The position numbers were made by a program, and so were the translations under genes. Shown here one piece after another: positions 25,035 to 37,932 of a DNA stretch of 63,987 nucleotides; within the stretch, counting starts at the first letter, position 1; every line of letters starts with the position of its first letter. Under the pieces are notes generated by a model. It was not told the origin of the DNA. It did not search any database and saw only the letters and a list, made by a program, of their open reading frames with translations. The DNA comes from Octopus bimaculoides (Eukaryota): positions 138,189,417 through 138,253,403 of the forward strand of contig NC_068984.1 of the NCBI RefSeq assembly GCF_001194135.2, written 5' to 3'.

Positions 25035-25610
25035 GAAATGATAAAAAATGTTACCAGCTTTTGATGCGCCCTGTATGCATTATACATGGCAAATAACTAT
25101 GATGTAAAAAAATTTTATGAAATAACATCCTACAGTAATATCTTAAAGTAGTGCTCACACGTTGTCATATTTTCTCCAGTGATGTAAAGTGTGCGTGAAT
25201 GTCATATCTCCAAGCTAGTTTGAGATGTAGTTCGAATAAATAAATAAATATTCTAACCAAGTGGACAAATAAGAATTCATTAATTCCTATTTTCTTTTTC
25301 TGTGTAGCCTAACAATATGTTTAAAATCGCATCGCGATAGAAAACGTATACATTGCAAATTGTATGTATTTGTAACAGTTTTGACTTACTGAAGATAAGT
25401 TTGAACCGTTTTATTTAAATATTTATTTTAGAATGTATACTTTAGAGTTAAATATCATATTTTTATAAGCTAATGCTGAGTATGCAAGCATTTTACTTGC
25501 TTCTACTAGAAAATTTGAGATTTCAAGAGAAAAATTTTAGAAATGATAAAAATGTTACCAGTTTTTGATGCGCCCTGTATGCACTATACATGGCAAATAA
25601 CTATGATGTA
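25033..25610. repeat. 73-74 bp direct repeat containing a Tc1/mariner-like terminus
   Basis: 25033-25106 and 25538-25610 both read tagaaatgataaaa...ttttgatgcgccctgTA tgca(t/c)tatacatggcaaataactatgatgta. Confidence 0.85.
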
Positions 25611-26323
25611 CATAAATACAAATTGCTTAGTCATCTAAATTGCAAACTAGTATATTCTCGATGAATGGAATTGGAAACCCAGTTACGATGTTACAATTAT
25701 TTGATAAATGCATTTGATTGTTCTAATGTATGTTAGAGGAAATACAGTAATAAATAAATAATATGATGACAAAATGAGTTTTCTTTTTTTTTTTTCTTTG
25801 TCAGAAAAGGAGTTGTTGAATATATTATCTTCACGTCGTCCGTTTTATATTCCCAGTTTTTTTTGTGCTACAAAAGTATTGAATTTAAGAAGTAGTTGTT
25901 TTAATTTCTTTAAATTATCGAGGATGGCAAGAACTATATGGGGAACAGAGTCTATGAATATATCAATGCTTTCATTTAGAATTGTGTCTCTTTGATGGCG
26001 TCGCTAACGAAAACGAAAAAACTCCTTAAATTCACATTGTCTTCGTTTTGTTTGCAGAATTATAAGTTTATGCGTAACATGAACTTATTTCACTAACAAA
26101 ACCTTATAAAAACAGGAAGAAACCATTCCAGAGAATTCTTTCCCGAAAACAGAATAACATCATGATATTGGTGTGTAATTTTGTATATACAATGATGAAG
26201 ACGGTGGCGGGTGAATGTTGAAAGCCAGTCTTAGTTCGACTCATAGGTATAAGGTCTTCATTTACATCCATACAAATCTTGAAGCTAACTCTCTTCCTAC
26301 ACCTGGATCCTTGGATGATACGT

Positions 26324-26374
<51 letters not shown>

Positions 26375-26544
26375 AATAATTTAATTTATATAAGGGCATT
26401 ACTATACAATAATGCATCACGCTTAGAGGGACTCCATCAGTCAAAACTACCAAAAAAAAGCACATTTTTACCGATCGCGAGGGAATGCAACTTTCAAAGC
26501 TAACCTCCTAAAAACTTTTAACTTAACGGTAAACCACTGGTTTC

Positions 26545-26872
26545 ATAATTAACACAGCAAAACTATGCAGTAAGCTGCATCGTTTATTCATCAGTACACG
26601 TATGGTCAAAACATAAAAATAAACAAAAATAAACATACCCTGATGTACCCAACACAGTACATAGACGATTGTTCATCCTTAAGCACATGTTGCCGAAGTG
26701 TAACTTAAAAAGCCCGCCTCTTTCATGGATATATAAGGATGAACAATCGTCTATGTACTGTGTTAGGTACGTCAGGGTATGTTGATTTTTGTTTATTTTT
26801 ATGTGTCTTGACCATACGTGTACTGATGAATAAAAGATGCAGCTTACTGCATAGTTTTGCTGTGTTAATTAT
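26545..26872. mobile_element. Foldback element / long-TIR MITE
   Basis: Arms 26545-26681 and 26734-26872 pair with a few mismatches and one small indel around a 52-bp spacer. AT-rich ends fit either a TA or a TTAA target. Confidence 0.8.
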
Positions 26873-26916
26873 ACATATACATGTATGTACGGTATAGATA
26901 CATATANNNNNNNNNN

Positions 26917-26961
<45 letters not shown>

Positions 26962-27812
26962 CAAGATTTGATGTCAGTGAAATAACAATATCATATAAGG
27001 ATATATTATAGTGTCATGTTTTCCAAATCTTGAGTTTTAAAATAGATTCCATCCGTCAACAAAGTGTCATGCTTGCTCGAATGTTTTTATTATTAAGTGC
27101 TGTCTCTTCTCACTAATTTATAAGCGTGCTTGATTTACTTGAACGTATCAAACGACTGCGAAACCAGTTGATGTATATATATATATAACATCATATGTTA
27201 TGAAAAGATACCCATGGGCTCGAATTTATGTTATGTTTACACTACAGTATATACGTCTTTATGATTACATTTGACACCAGTTAATTCGTGGGTTCATCAA
27301 ACGCCTGCATTGGAGGGTGTTAATCGTCAATGATTATATAACAATTTTATTTTGAAATCTGTTGCATCTATTCTTAGTAATCTTCTGCATATTTTATTAG
27401 TAATGCAGATTTACTCATTAACTACTCAGAATCTCACAGGCTAATCTAAGATTAGAAACCGCGATATGGATATTTGCCAAATGTCATAATGAAATATTTT
27501 GTGTTGTTTAGGGTTTTTTCTTTATAATCGGCGTATTTGTTATTAAAATACGCATCTTGTTTCTCTATTTTCTCTCATAAATATCCCTGTGTAACTAATA
27601 CTATCTAACCGCTTATTTTTGTCTTGAAATCTATCGTTTCAATCTTTTCTATTTACGTTTTTCTCTGAAGGATTATCTGGAAAATTTCCAGATAAGTCGA
27701 TTTATTACACAACTGGTATGTCCCCGGTGAACAGATATCATAGAGGAGACAATCCCTTCTAGATTAAACTCAGCTGAGACAGGTTAGTAAGTTCGAAGTT
27801 TAAACCAAAGAG

Positions 27813-28270
27813 GTTTTTTTTTGTTGGCACTCCGTCGCTTACGACGTCGAGGGTTCCAGTTGATCCGATCAACGGAACAGCCTGCTCGGGAAATTAACGT
27901 GCAAGTGGCTGAGCACTCCACAGACACGTGTACCCTTAACGTAGTTCTCGGGGATATTCAGCGTGACACAGTGTGACAAGGCTGACCCTTTGAATTACAA
28001 GCAGAACAGAAACAGGAAGTAAGAGTGAGAGAAAATTGTGGTGAAAGAGTACCGCAGGATTCGCCACCATCCCCTGCCGGAGCCTCATGGAGCTTTAGGT
28101 GTTTTCGCTCAATAAACACTCACAAAGCCCGGTCTGGGAATCGAAACCGCGATCCTATGANNNNNNNNNNTTCGCTCAATAAACACTCACAAAGCCCGGT
28201 CTGGGAATCGAAACCGCGATCCTATGACCGCGAGTCCGCTGCCCTAACCACTGGACCATTGCGCCTCCAC
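27813..28270 (-). mobile_element. Group A SINE (H1+T1)
   Basis: TSD AAACCAAAGAG at 27802-27812 and 28271-28281. It spans a 10-N gap with a 57-bp contig overlap. Confidence 0.9.
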
Positions 28271-28311
28271 AAACCAAAGAGTGAAGACTATATAAAATAC
28301 AAAGTAAATTA

Positions 28312-28556
28312 AACTTCCTTCCCGAGTCATATGGACACATAGGGGCGGTTTCTCAGTGTCCATGGCATATATATTCCCCGCCTGGATGGGGTGCCGGTCC
28401 GTCGCAGAATTCCTCATTTTTGCCAGCTGAGCGGACTGAAGCAATGTGAAATGATGTACTTTGCCCAAGAGCACAACGCGTCGCCAGGTCCAGGTGTCGA
28501 AACCACAATCTTACGTTCATGTGTCCAACACTCTAACCACTGAACACCCGTCTCCT
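28312..28556 (-). mobile_element. SINE with CORE-like head H2 and tail T2
   Basis: cagtggttagagtgttgg...gtgctcttgggcaaagtac...gcttcagtccgctcagctggcaaaaatg, then ctgcgacggaccggcaccccatccagg. Confidence 0.75.
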
Positions 28557-28911
28557 TACCGAATATAGACAATGATTCTAAGCAAATTTTGCCCGTTATC
28601 TTAAATTATCTTTCGTAAATTCATTCAGCAAAGTACGTGTCACAATGTCAAAATATCTAACTAAAGGTTAACTTGCCGGAAGATCTTATGCACATACAGG
28701 TGAAGCTCAGAGTAACAAGAGATTGACTCGACCAAAAGGAAAATATTATTCATCTCTTCTATGGTACTAAGCACACCTATACGTAATTATTTATCTGAAT
28801 AATTGCAGAGAGGAGATGCTATACGTGTTTCTTCTACATGTATGCCCTTCTAACTTCCATCTTGTAATGAAATAAGTGTACCATGGAAATATACCAAAAT
28901 TTTACAGTCTT

Positions 28912-28940
<29 letters not shown>

Positions 28941-28945
<5 letters not shown>

Positions 28946-29162
28946 AAAATGAAAAAAAGCCAGAATGCTGAACTGGAAGCATAATTTAATAAAGATTTTT
29001 TCGACATGTTTCTGAGTCTTTGCTCGTCATCAGCATGAAGTAGCTCGCCAGCTGCCGAGCTACTTCATGCTGATGACAAGCAAAGACTCAGAAACATGTC
29101 GAAAAAATCTTTATTAAATTATGCTTCCAGTTCAGCATTCTGGGTTTTTTTCATTTTCCTAT
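28941..29162. repeat. 222-bp loop-less palindrome, probably an inverted Penelope-like terminal repeat
   Basis: Paired positions sum to 58103 over 111-bp arms with 3 mismatches, centred on CAGCTG. Each arm carries CTGATGA-N14-GAAACATGTC. Confidence 0.9.
29063..29107 (+). ncRNA. Minimal hammerhead-ribozyme-like motif (mirror copy on the minus strand at 28996-29040)
   Basis: CTGATGA at 29070-29076, GAAA at 29091-29094, palindromic stem III ACATGT and a GUC cleavage triplet. Stem II is weak (GAG/CTC in the minus copy) and stem I pairing is poor. Confidence 0.4.
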
Positions 29163-29225
29163 TATTTTTCCACGTGCGGTTAACACAACCCCACTATTTA
29201 CTGACTTATATATATATATATAAAT

Positions 29226-29284
<59 letters not shown>

Positions 29285-29517
29285 GGTAGATAGATAGATA
29301 GATCCAAGAGCACGTGTGTTTGAAAAGATTAATCGAAAGCGCTCACACACTAAAAATCTTTTTCCAAAATCTTTGGAAGAAAAATCTTCTTCCAAAAAGG
29401 TCAGTGATATTCTTAAAAGATTTTACAACTTGTTAAAAATATAATTATAATAAAACCCTTTATAATTCAAAATTATATTAAGTAATTTTCACAAAGACTT
29501 TCAAAGGTATATATGCA

Positions 29518-29752
29518 CAGTAATCCCTCGACTATCGTGGGTATTCCATTACAACCCCACCTCCCAGCAATAGGTGAATATCCGCGAAGTAGAAGCAGTA
29601 TTGCACTGTATATTTTTATTTATTGATTTATGTATTTTTAGGCGTGAAAATGCTTATTTTACCACAGAAATAATCAAAAAATTAAATATAAATACCTATC
29701 GCGAAATACTGAGGGCGTGATTGGTGAATTGTGATATGGCGAGTGATTACAG
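29518..29752. mobile_element. pogo/Tigger-like MITE, same family as 3301-3555
   Basis: CAGTAATCCCTCG...GCGAGTGATTACAG|TA, sharing the internal motif tccgcgaagtagaa. Confidence 0.75.
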
Positions 29753-29805
<53 letters not shown>

Positions 29806-30269
29806 NNNNNNNNNNNNNNNNNNNNNNNNNNNNNNNNNNNNNNNNNNNNNNNNNNNNNNNNNNNNNNNNNNNNNNNNNNNNNNNNNNNNNNNNNNNNNNN
29901 NNNNNNNNNNNNNNNNNNNNNNNNNNNNNNNNNNNNNNNNNNNNNNNNNNNNNNNNNNNNNNNNNNNNNNNNNNNNNNNNNNNNNNNNNNNNNNNNNNNN
30001 NNNNNNNNNNNNNNNNNNNNNNNNNNNNNNNNNNNNNNNNNNNNNNNNNNNNNNNTATATTTGTGTGTGTATGTATGTATATATGCATGTATGTATGTAT
30101 GTATGTATTAGGCAACGAATCAGCTAGAATGGATAGTCCGATGCAATAGAAAACCATTATGAGTGTATAATTTATAAATAAAAAGATGAAGTATAGGATG
30201 AGTAAAATTTATTTTACTAATGGATATCCATATTCGACTACAATTGTTTCGTAGCTTACTAACATGCAA

Positions 30270-30312
<43 letters not shown>

Positions 30313-30869
30313 CATGCTATATTCAGAAACATCCAAGTTCACAAGCATAATAACAACATCTGATTGGCAAATTTCCACTATTTTCATTCTCTTACGCCCC
30401 TAATAGTGCTACTACCACAACCTCTGCACATATGAAAAGGGTAATTGTAAGGCTTCATAACCAAGACCTATTGCCGTTCCAGCTGTGTCTCTAGCCACTT
30501 ATAATTTTTGATAAACTTTCAGCTTGTTATGTGACACATGACATCAATAAACTTTAAAATTAATGAAAATTGATGAATGTTACTATATTTGAAAATACTA
30601 ATAACACAACTATTGATAGACAGGGTTAAAATACACGTATGCTGCTAAAGGAAATATTTCATAAGTAACATTTGTCGCCATTGGGATTTGTGGAGCGATT
30701 AATCATACGGAAAGCTGATGTTGAAATGTACAATGAAATTCTTAAGATTTCTTTGGATATAATTCCATTAAACTGAGTAAATGTTTAAATATACCTTTCT
30801 GCTTTCTTTTCGTATATCTAGAATAAGATCCGTCAGCTAGAGAGTTAAAGCTCAGCAACATCAATATTT

Positions 30870-31200
30870 TTTACATCTTTTGCTTTTTACCTCTCACATG
30901 TTTCAGTCATTTATCTGCGGTCAAGCTGGAGCACTACCTTAAGGGGTTTTAGCCGAACATATCGAACCCCAAGACGTAGTTTTTAAAGCCTAGTACTTAT
31001 TCTATTGGTCTCTTTTGCCGAACCGTTAAGTCACGGGGACGCAAACAAACCGATACCCTCAAGAGATGGTGGAGACAAATAGATACACAAAGACATGCAT
31101 ACATATCTTTTATCCTTTACTTGTTTCAGGCATTTGACTGCGGCTATGTTGGGGCATCGCCTTTTAATTTTAGTCGAATGTAATGACCTCAGTACTTATT
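30870..31200 (-). mobile_element. Two adjacent group C SINE 3' halves
   Basis: tcagtcatt...ctggagcac...agtacttattctattggtctcttttgccgaaccg, repeated in decayed form from about 31100. Confidence 0.65.
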
Positions 31201-31254
31201 TTTAAAATTATGTATATATATATGTCACAAAAATTATTGTCGAAGTGTGTAGAA

Positions 31255-31505
31255 AATGCGTGGCCAAGTGTTTAGTGTGTCGCACGTAAGATCGTGGCTT
31301 CGATTCCCAGATTGGGTGATACATTGTGTTCTTGAGTAAAACACTTCCATTCATGTTGTTCCAGTCCGCTCAGCGAAAAATGGGTAACTCACTGACAGAC
31401 TGACGTCCGTTCAGGAGTACGTCTTACGATCTTGGTCATCTATACAACATGGGAGTCGAGTATCGAGCTGTATGAGTCCTTGGACATGAGACAGTACTTA
31501 CTTTT
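31255..31505 (+). mobile_element. SINE with CORE-like head H2 and a T2-like tail
   Basis: gtggccaagtgtttag...ggcttcgattcccag...gtgttcttgagtaaaacac...ccagtccgctcagcgaaaaatgggtaac. Confidence 0.65.
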
Positions 31506-32644
31506 ACTTAACTTAATTTCATTTTCGTAGCATGAGAAGTATTTGGTAATAGAGATTTATTTTCCCTAAAAACTCCCTGTGTTTTCTTTTCCTATGTCTT
31601 GATTTCAAATTTAAATTTCTAATATCTACCCACGCTCTGAGGAGATAGTGAACTTCCTTTGTATGAATGGCCAATCAGAAGACACCACGTGTACCAGTTC
31701 ATGCTGTTGCTGGAATGTGTTGGCTGCCGTATTGTAGTGAGAAGGAAGAATTATTCAGTTTGTCAAATCTGCCCTGAAAGGTCGCCATATAAGTTCTCCT
31801 CAACGTTAGAAGATTGACTAATATGTACGTACACAAGTAAGCTATTTATACTACTCTTTTACCGAAACATGTATAGTTACCCAGATGTAAACTAGTAACA
31901 AAGTTTTGTTTTCACATTACAGTAGTGATCCCCACAGAACGGTTTCCTGCAAGACATTTTTTCTCTTAGATCGGGAAACCAAACGCATAACAAAATTCAA
32001 TAAAGTGCGTAATATATAATTTAATTATTACAACGACCTGCAAACTGCGATGGTCAATAAAATATAAATGAAATTTTAAAAATCATTCTTTCTATGAGGC
32101 CCGGCACTAAATGATCGAAGCTGGTGATTGGAGGGACCCTGCCTTGGAGGACTGATTAAGTGATTCTAAAACTGACAAATATCAGCACTCACCAAATACT
32201 AAGTCCCACATCCTCGTCTTAATTAATGAAAGGACAGAACAGAGCCTCTTTTCTTTACCGTTATGATTAACAAATGTAAAATAATTAAAACCAATCTTAA
32301 TTTTATTTGCAATGTCTTCGTCTCTTTTCAGTACTCTGAGATCCCCCGCAACAGCAGGGGCTTGGTTCCACACCTACAAAGGGACTGCGTTTATAGAAAC
32401 TTGTAATAAATATATTTTCAATTGAAGTGAAACTAAAATGGAAAATGACAAGCAAAATGTATAGATCAATTTACAATTTATACGGCGTTATGTAAACTGG
32501 AGATGATTTATGTTTCGTTAGCCATTAAATAGGATCATCATAGACATGTTATATTCTTTAATTCATTATTTATTGCTTTGGTTGCCTTAGCCATCACGGT
32601 CACGGCCATGCTAGAGCATTGCTTTTCTATTTTTCTTTTCTCTT

Positions 32645-33066
32645 TTAACTTTTATTTGTTTCAGTCTCTGGACCGCGATCATACTGGAGCACTGCCTCCA
32701 AATGTTTAGTCGAACGAATCGGTCCCAGTTTTTTTCAAAAGCCTTGTATTTATTCTATCAGTCTGTTTTGCAGAACCGCTAAGTTACGGGGACGTAAACA
32801 AACTAACATATGCTGTGGGGGACAAACTTAAAGATATATGACGCGCACACAGACACACATATGCTCATACAAATACACACACATGTATATATACATATAT
32901 ACGACGGACTTCGACACAGTTTCCGTCAACCAAATTCAATCACAAGGTCTATTCGGGGGGTTATAGCTGAAGACACTTGCCCAAAGAGCCACGCGGTGGG
33001 AATGAAACCAAAGTTACCTGACTGTAAATCGAGATTCCTAACCACACAACCATTCGTGCCTTATAT
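32645..33066 (-). mobile_element. Group C SINE, full length
   Basis: Both halves are present around an internal CA/TA tract. Confidence 0.75.
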
Positions 33067-33179
33067 AAAAAAATAACATTAATTAACATTTTGATTTTAA
33101 TTAATTTTTGAGTGTCGCCAAAATACTAGAGAATATGACGTATCGCCTTCTTACCTTTTAGATAGTCAAGCCATATTCT

Positions 33180-33390
33180 TTTCTATTCTAAGCACAAGCC
33201 CGAAATTCTGAGGGAGGGGGATAGTCGATTAGATCAACCACAGTACGCAATTGGTACTTAATTTATCGACCCCGAAAGGATGAAAGGCAAAGTTGTCCTC
33301 GGCGGAATTTCAACTCAGAACGTAAAGACAGACGAAACACCGCTAATCATTTCGCCCGGCGTGCTAGCGTTTCTACCGGCTCGCCGCCTT
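33180..33390 (-). mobile_element. Group B SINE, full length
   Basis: 17-bp TSD TAGTCAAGCCATATTCT at 33163-33179 and 33390-33406. Confidence 0.92.
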
Positions 33391-35022
33391 AGTCAAGCCA
33401 TATTCTGTGATAGAGAATAGACCAAGAGCAGATTCGACTGAATGGAGAGTCCTGTATCCACTGACCATCTTTTATCTTTCACTTAATTCAGTCATTCGAC
33501 TGCAGCTAGGATGGGGCACCGTCTTGAAGAGTGTGATCAAAGATATCAACGCCACTATATATTATTTTTAAGTTAGGTACTTATATTATTGGTTTCTTTT
33601 GCCGAACCGCTAGGTTACGGGGACAGAAAGAAAATATTTTCATTGGGTTTTAATTTCTAATTCGAAATCTTTTCGAATCTCATTTAACATTTAAATCGAT
33701 GCACAGTGCAAGTACTTTCAGTGGTTTTGGGGGCCGAGCGTTATATACACCACAGTTCAGGAAAAAAAGATCATCTGAAAGTCCCAAGTTCAATCACCAC
33801 TAAAGCAGCACTTCAAAAGTATCAAGAGACACTTAGAAGTCATGACCTAAATGGGCCCGGCTCTCTTAGAATGTCAGGAAGAAACGGGTCGAAACACTTG
33901 CTTGACTGAAGCTCTTCCTCTGAATATTTCTCCTCTGTCCGTTAGCCCTGAAGCGTGTGTCCACTCAACTTGTAACGTTGATTTATGTTGAATTATAGAA
34001 AAATCACGTAGAATTGTAGTAAAACTACTGCGGACAAATATTTAGCCGAGGATCTATGTCCAAATCTCTCTACGCCGTGAGAGATCTCTTACGTCTATTC
34101 ACCTCAATGGACATCAAGTTGATAACCTACACGATTATCTTGAGATCCAAACTATATTATTCTGCCAGGAAGACATTTGTGATGACGTGATAAATACTGA
34201 AGGATAAAAGTAACCAGTCAATAACTTTGTAACTATAAAAATTCCCTCCATCAGTATATTTCTGTTATTTCTCTCCAATAAAAATTCACGAAAAAATATT
34301 CAAGAGCTTAACATGCGGTTTATATCCATCTACTGGATCATTTCACTTTTTCTCTTACGTGACTGACATTAATCTCTCCCTCTCCTCTGCTTCATTAGTC
34401 CGTACCCTAATACATCATTCAGTAAGGTAATACTCGGGTTATGCTTTCTTTAGGCAGAGAAAGATTTTCTGAAGAGTGTAAAGAAAATTTTAAGTCAACT
34501 AATCATATTTTTTATATCGTGCGTGACCAACAATCATCTGCACCATATCTATTAACCATACACTTTCAGCTATTTTTTGGCGTTTTCATTAAGCAGAAAA
34601 TTGATAGTGTATTACTTAAAGAGATTTCAGCGAATCGCTTGGTTTCTTTTCTCTCATAAGTTTACCAGCAAAAATTAGTCTGCTGGGAAATACAAACACT
34701 AATAGATCTTTTCATTATATTTGTTGATGTTGTTGCTCCCCTTCCTGCTTTTATAACTATTATTGTTGTAACCGATGTCATTTCATAACTAATATCGGTT
34801 TAAATGCTTGCTATAGGATATCATATTATTATTACTATACTGCTTTGTTTACATCCATACACACACATACACACGTACATACATATATACACACATATAT
34901 ACGTACATATATACATACATACAGATATATGTATAATATATATATGTGTACGTTTGTGTATGTATATATGTGTGTATATATATATATGTATATATGCGTG
35001 TATGCAAATATATGTATGCATG

Positions 35023-35093
<71 letters not shown>

Positions 35094-35887
35094 NNNNNNN
35101 NNNNNNNNNNNNNNNNNNNNNNNNNNNNNNNNNNNNNNNNNNNNNNNNNNNNNNNNNNNNNNNNNNNNNNNNNNNNNNNNNNNNNNNNNNNNNNNNNNNN
35201 NNNNNNNNNNNNNNNNNNNNNNNNNNNNNNNNNNNNNNNNNNNNNNNNNNNNNNNNNNNNNNNNNNNNNNNNNNNNNNNNNNNNNNNNNNNNNNNNNNNN
35301 NNNNNNNNNNNNNNNNNNNNNNNNNNNNNNNNNNNNNNNNNNNNNNNNNNNNNNNNNNNNNNNNNNNNNNNNNNNNNNNNNNNNNNNNNNNNNNNNNNNN
35401 NNNNNNNNNNNNNNNNNNNNNNNNNNNNNNNNNNNNNNNNNNNNNNNNNNNNNNNNNNNNNNNNNNNNNNNNNNNNNNNNNNNNNNNNNNNNNNNNNNNN
35501 NNNNNNNNNNNNNNNNNNNNNNNNNNNNNNNNNNNNNNNNNNNNNNNNNNNNNNNNNNNNNNNNNNNNNNNNNNNNNNNNNNNNNNNNNNNNNNNNNNNN
35601 NNNNNNNNNNNNNNNNNNNNNNNNNNNNNNNNNNNNNNNNNNNNNNNNNNNNNNNNNNNNNNNNNNNNNNNNNNNNNNNNNNNNNNNNNNNNNNNNNNNN
35701 NNNNNNNNNNNNNNNNNNNNNNNNNNNNNNNNNNNNNNNNNNNNNNNNNNNNNNNNNNNNNNNNNNNNNNNNNNNNNNNNNNNNNNNNNNNNNNNNNNNN
35801 NNNNNNNNNNNNNNNNNNNNNNNNNNNNNNNNNNNNNNNNNNNNNNNNNNNNNNNNNNNNNNNNNNNNNNNNNNNNNNNNNNNNNNN

Positions 35888-35931
<44 letters not shown>

Positions 35932-36458
35932 AGAAAAATAAGACAAGGTAGAAAATGCTAAAATAATTTTATCATGAAGTGCCTTTTTCTATAACCCTAA
36001 ATAATATCAATATGCTTTTGGCTTTTCTGTCTTTCTCATACTCACTTAGCTTCTGCATTATCAAATAGTAGATTCCCTGTATTGTTTTGATACCCGTACT
36101 CTTTTTGTATTTTCTTACTTCGCGAATGACCTTCAGAAAAATAAAAATTGCCCAGTATTCCCTACTGTATAAATCCGTCAGCTTGTACCCGTGTTAGAAA
36201 TTATTAACTGATCTTTCATACAGTATTGCTAAATCTAGAGTGAATATTTTAATTATGAGCGTTTTGCCTTCTGGTTTCTGATTTCAAATAATGCCAAAAT
36301 GAAAGTAGATTTTTTTCCCACTTCGTTTAATTAAATATAAACCTTTAAAAAAATACACCTAAATACATGCGCGTGCGTATGTGTGTTTATACATACATAG
36401 ATAGATATGTACACTCACACACACACACACACACATTCATTATAAGTTACTTGTGCTT

Positions 36459-36745
36459 GCGGCGACATGTTTTCAGGTTGATCCGATCAACGGAACTGCC
36501 TGCTCGTGAGATTAACGTGCAAGCGACTGAGCACTCCACAGACACGCGTACACTCAAAGTAGTTCTCAGAGGGATTCAGCGTGGCACAGAATGTGACAAG
36601 GCCGGCCCTTTGAAATACAGGTACTACTCATTGTTGCGAGGTGAGTGGACTGGAGCAACGTGAAATAAGTGCCCTGCTCAAGGACACAGTGTACTACAAG
36701 GAACTGATCCGGTGACCTAATCACTAAGCTCTGTGCTTTTATGTA
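36459..36745 (-). mobile_element. SINE with CORE-like head H2 and tail T1
   Basis: gtgtccttgagcagggcacttatttcacgttgctccagtccactc, followed by the T1 tail (gagtgctcagtcgcttgcacgttaat). Confidence 0.8.
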
Positions 36746-36772
36746 TAAATACGTGTATACATACATATTATA

Positions 36773-37165
36773 CATAGGCGCAGGCGTAGCTGTGGTAAGA
36801 ACCTTGCTTCTCAACCACATAGTTCCAGGTTCAATCCCACTGTATGGCACTTTGGGTAAGTGTCTGTTGCTATGGCCTCGAGCCGACAAAGTCCTTGTGA
36901 GTGGATTTGGTAGACGGAAACTGAAAGAAGCCCGTCGTTTATATATATATATGTTTTTGTGTCTGTGTTTGTCCACCGCCTCACCATCGTTTGACGACCA
37001 ATGTTAGTGTGTTTACGTCCCCGTAACCTAACCGTTCGGAAAAGAGCCCGATAAAGTAAGTACTAGACTTACAAAGAGTAAGTTCTGGAGTCGATTCGTT
37101 CGACTAAAGGCGGTGCTCCAGCATGGCCGTAGTCAAATGACTGAAACAAGTAAAGGAATGAAAGA
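36773..37165 (+). mobile_element. Group C SINE, full-length reference copy
   Basis: ataggcgcaggcgtagctgtggtaag, box B ggttcaatccc, CORE-like ggcactttgggtaagtgtc, internal (TA), tail gcggtgctccagcatggccgtagtcaaatgactgaaacaagtaaa. Confidence 0.9.
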
Positions 37166-37538
37166 ATAATTGAAATATGTTATATATATAATGTGTGTGT
37201 GTGTGTTTTTGCATGCGTGTGTGTGTGTATGTATGTGTTTTTGTGAGTATGTATGTGTTTATGTGTGCGCGCGCGTGTGTATATGTGTGTTTTTGTGTAC
37301 GTTTGTGTGTGTGTGTGTGTATGTGTGTGTTTTTGTCTGCGTGTGTGTACGTGTTTTTGTGTGCGTTTGTATGTGAGTGTATGTGTGCGCACACATCCCT
37401 TCTCCTTCTACTACTATTGGTCTGTGCTCAGTAAATTAAATGTATAGTTTTTCATTGTTTTCCTTCGCTTTTCTGTACACCCACCCACCCATCCATCCAT
37501 CCATCCATCCATCTATCTATCTATCTATCTATCTCTAC

Positions 37539-37573
<35 letters not shown>

Positions 37574-37895
37574 GTAATATTTTTCATATTTCATATTTCA
37601 TAATGACCTGAGTCTAGTTGTCTCCCCATGATGTTCTTTCACTCACTATCTCTCTTCCCCTTCCCTCTCTCGTCGCTTCTTCTCTCTGCCTGTCTTCCTC
37701 TCTTCCTCTCGCTCTCTTGTCCATGGCTGACATTCAGTATTTTGTGGTTCACGGTAGCCACACGATGCTCTTTTCAAAACTTTCTATCAACATACCACTG
37801 CATTTTTTCTTTTCTTTTATATGTATACACATACACACATGTACTCATGCACCATGCATTCGAATGTATGACTACATGTATGTATGTGTGGTATG

Positions 37896-37932
<37 letters not shown>

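Noticed and set aside
26823-26860. CTGATGA followed by a hairpin in the foldback arm
   Set aside because: There is no GAAA and no cleavage triplet in the required positions.
28104-28227. 57-bp tandem duplication inside a SINE
   Set aside because: The identical copies flank a 10-N gap exactly, which is a contig-overlap artefact.
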